The notes beneath the pieces were generated by a model. The model was not told where the DNA came from. It saw nothing but the letters and a program-made list of their open reading frames with translations, and made no database searches. Below are positions 49,893 to 51,194 of a stretch of 51,194 nt of DNA, in pieces (position 1 is the stretch's first letter; each line of letters begins with the position of its first letter). The stretch lies in IMG/VR virus record IMGVR_UViG_3300021560_000023, positions 1 to 51,194 of that record; one strand, written 5' to 3'. The stretch is from a virus. Its lineage: Duplodnaviria; Caudoviricetes. Both the position numbers and the translations under genes were made by a program.

Positions 49893-50149
49893 ACGTCACC
49901 CACCAGTGCGTCTCGCCACCACGCCGCCAACTCCTCGCCTGTGATGATCGTCCCGTGGCCTACCCTACAGGCGTACTCGTCCCGTTGGCAGACGTACACG
50001 GAGCGCAACAGACACTGTGGGCAGAGCAGGGGAGCCGTCCCCTCCTCGCCCTTCAGCCGCGGATCGGTCGGTGGATCCATCCGCTTCACGATCCTGACGT
50101 TGACCTGCTGCGCATAGGGCGGGAGCCTGAAGATGAACCTGATCGTCAC
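49889..50149 (-). CDS. Small Zn-ribbon protein
   Basis: CPQC..C..GH; coupled. Confidence 0.6.
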   Translation of the reverse strand: MTIRFIFRLPPYAQQVNVRIVKRMDPPTDPRLKGEEGTAPLLCPQCLLRSVYVCQRDEYACRVGHGTIITGEELAAWWRDALVGDV

Positions 50150-50676
50150 GCCGCGACCTCTGGAACAGGAGTCCCCTCCACCAATCTCCTCCTGATCCCG
50201 TCTCCCAAGCGGCGGACCTGATCGTTGTCGAGCCCGGCGTCAGCAGCCGCCGCCCGGATCGCGGCCAACACCCACGCCGCCTTCCGCTCCTCGACCTCGA
50301 CCAGCCGCTCAGCGATGCCTAGCCGGGTCATGTCGGCTGCTATGGCGTGGACCTCCTCGCGCAGAGCAGCCTCAAGCTTGTACCACTTGTTCGGCTCGAC
50401 CCGGACGTTGCCCTGGGCGTCCCAGTACTTGACCCAGAACTCCTCGACCGGCACGTCATCCGCGAACGTGGCCGCCACGTACAGGGAGCCCATGGCGCGG
50501 TCGAGGACGAGTTGGAGAGCCGCGGCAATGCTGACGTTCGCTGTCTGCTCCCACCTGGGATCGTCAGCGCACAACTCCCTCGCCTCATGCCACAACACGA
50601 CCCGGCGGGTCATGCGACGCCGCCGCTTGGATCGCTCACCTTTGGACATCACAGGTCCGCCGTCTCGCCCGCTCAC
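50146..50676 (-). CDS. Putative terminase small subunit (possibly leaderless)
   Basis: Upstream of terL; LGIAERLVEVEE motif. Confidence 0.65.
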   Translation of the reverse strand: MSGRDGGPVMSKGERSKRRRRMTRRVVLWHEARELCADDPRWEQTANVSIAAALQLVLDRAMGSLYVAATFADDVPVEEFWVKYWDAQGNVRVEPNKWYKLEAALREEVHAIAADMTRLGIAERLVEVEERKAAWVLAAIRAAAADAGLDNDQVRRLGDGIRRRLVEGTPVPEVAA

Positions 50677-50683
50677 GGCCGGG

Positions 50684-50713
50684 AGCGTAGCTCGCCCGGC
50701 GTTGGACGGTCAA
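50684..50713 (-). promoter_or_regulatory. Putative sigma70-type promoter of the packaging/structural operon
   Basis: TTGACC-N18-TACGCT ending 7 nt before GTG 50676. Confidence 0.55.
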
Positions 50714-50832
50714 GCCATCGCCCGCCCGCGGCTCCTCCGCGTACGCGGGCGAGGCTGCGCCACCGCCGGGCGGGTCGAGAGCCGCCCTCTCCCTGCTGCG
50801 TAGGCAACGCGGAGAGGCTGCCTCCCGGCCGC

Positions 50833-51194
50833 TCAGTCCTCGACCGGAGCGGACGGCCACGTGGCGGCCGGGTGGTTGCGGAGGAGTTCGACACGCCAGC
50901 CGGTCGGGCAGAGCGTGAACACTCGCGGACCCCAGTGCGACTCCGCCTGCGACACAGGGTACGTCCGCGAGGCGACAACACGGTCGAACTGACTACCCAG
51001 CACCACGGCCGCGTGCGAGCGACCTCCGACGCAGCGGTGTCCGTCAATCCACGACACAGGTAGCTGCTCCACCGGAGTCGGGATCAAATGGACCCAGGAC
51101 GAGGGCCACCCCTCCTCCGCGAGCCCCAGCCACGAGCGCAGCCATTCGGTGGGTCCCATAGCCCTCGTCCGCTGGAGCCGTTTGTACCCAAGCC
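50833..51194 (-). CDS. 3' part of the junction-spanning VOC/glyoxalase-fold gene
   Basis: WVHLI..SHAAVV..FDRVVA..HWGPRVFTLCPTGWRVELL. Confidence 0.8.
   Translation of the reverse strand, partial: LGYKRLQRTRAMGPTEWLRSWLGLAEEGWPSSWVHLIPTPVEQLPVSWIDGHRCVGGRSHAAVVLGSQFDRVVASRTYPVSQAESHWGPRVFTLCPTGWRVELLRNHPAATWPSAPVED
51072..51194. repeat. Terminal direct repeat copy 2
   Basis: Identical to 1-123. Confidence 0.97.

Noticed and set aside
50714-50832. GC-rich stems after the VOC gene as a tRNA or ncRNA
   Set aside because: No cloverleaf or T-loop; pairing is expected at this GC content, at most a terminator

Overview
The window is an apparently complete, circularly assembled, high-GC tailed phage genome. 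The unit length is about 51,071 bp; positions 1-123 are repeated exactly at 51072-51194, and a gene reads through that junction. Every credible gene is on the minus strand. In transcription order: terminase; lysis cassette (amidase); portal-MuF fusion; protease/scaffold; capsid; a contractile tail (sheath, tube, frameshifted chaperone, short tape measure, LysM, hub, collar-domain fibres, gp25/J/I baseplate); early accessory genes; SNF2 helicase; recombination genes; a nucleotide-metabolism/modification cluster; DnaE; ThyX-like; primase-helicase; RuvC-like resolvase. I saw no integrase, tRNA or CRISPR. The host is inferred to be actinobacterial, possibly Thermoleophilia. The most notable signals are: (1) three early promoters carrying a covarying C-GNA-G DNA hairpin over the start site, plus a covarying leader RNA hairpin; (2) a RuvC-like gene whose internal 108-bp block looks relocated in frame via 6-7 bp pointer repeats; (3) two diverged AT-rich multi-block elements in inverted orientation at opposite poles of the circle; (4) a dispersed TCTGCCAAT/CCTGGGCTAC module; (5) a candidate DNA-modification operon; (6) a spike-position protein with three tandem collar/needle modules. 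All family calls come from motif recognition by eye, not from database searches.
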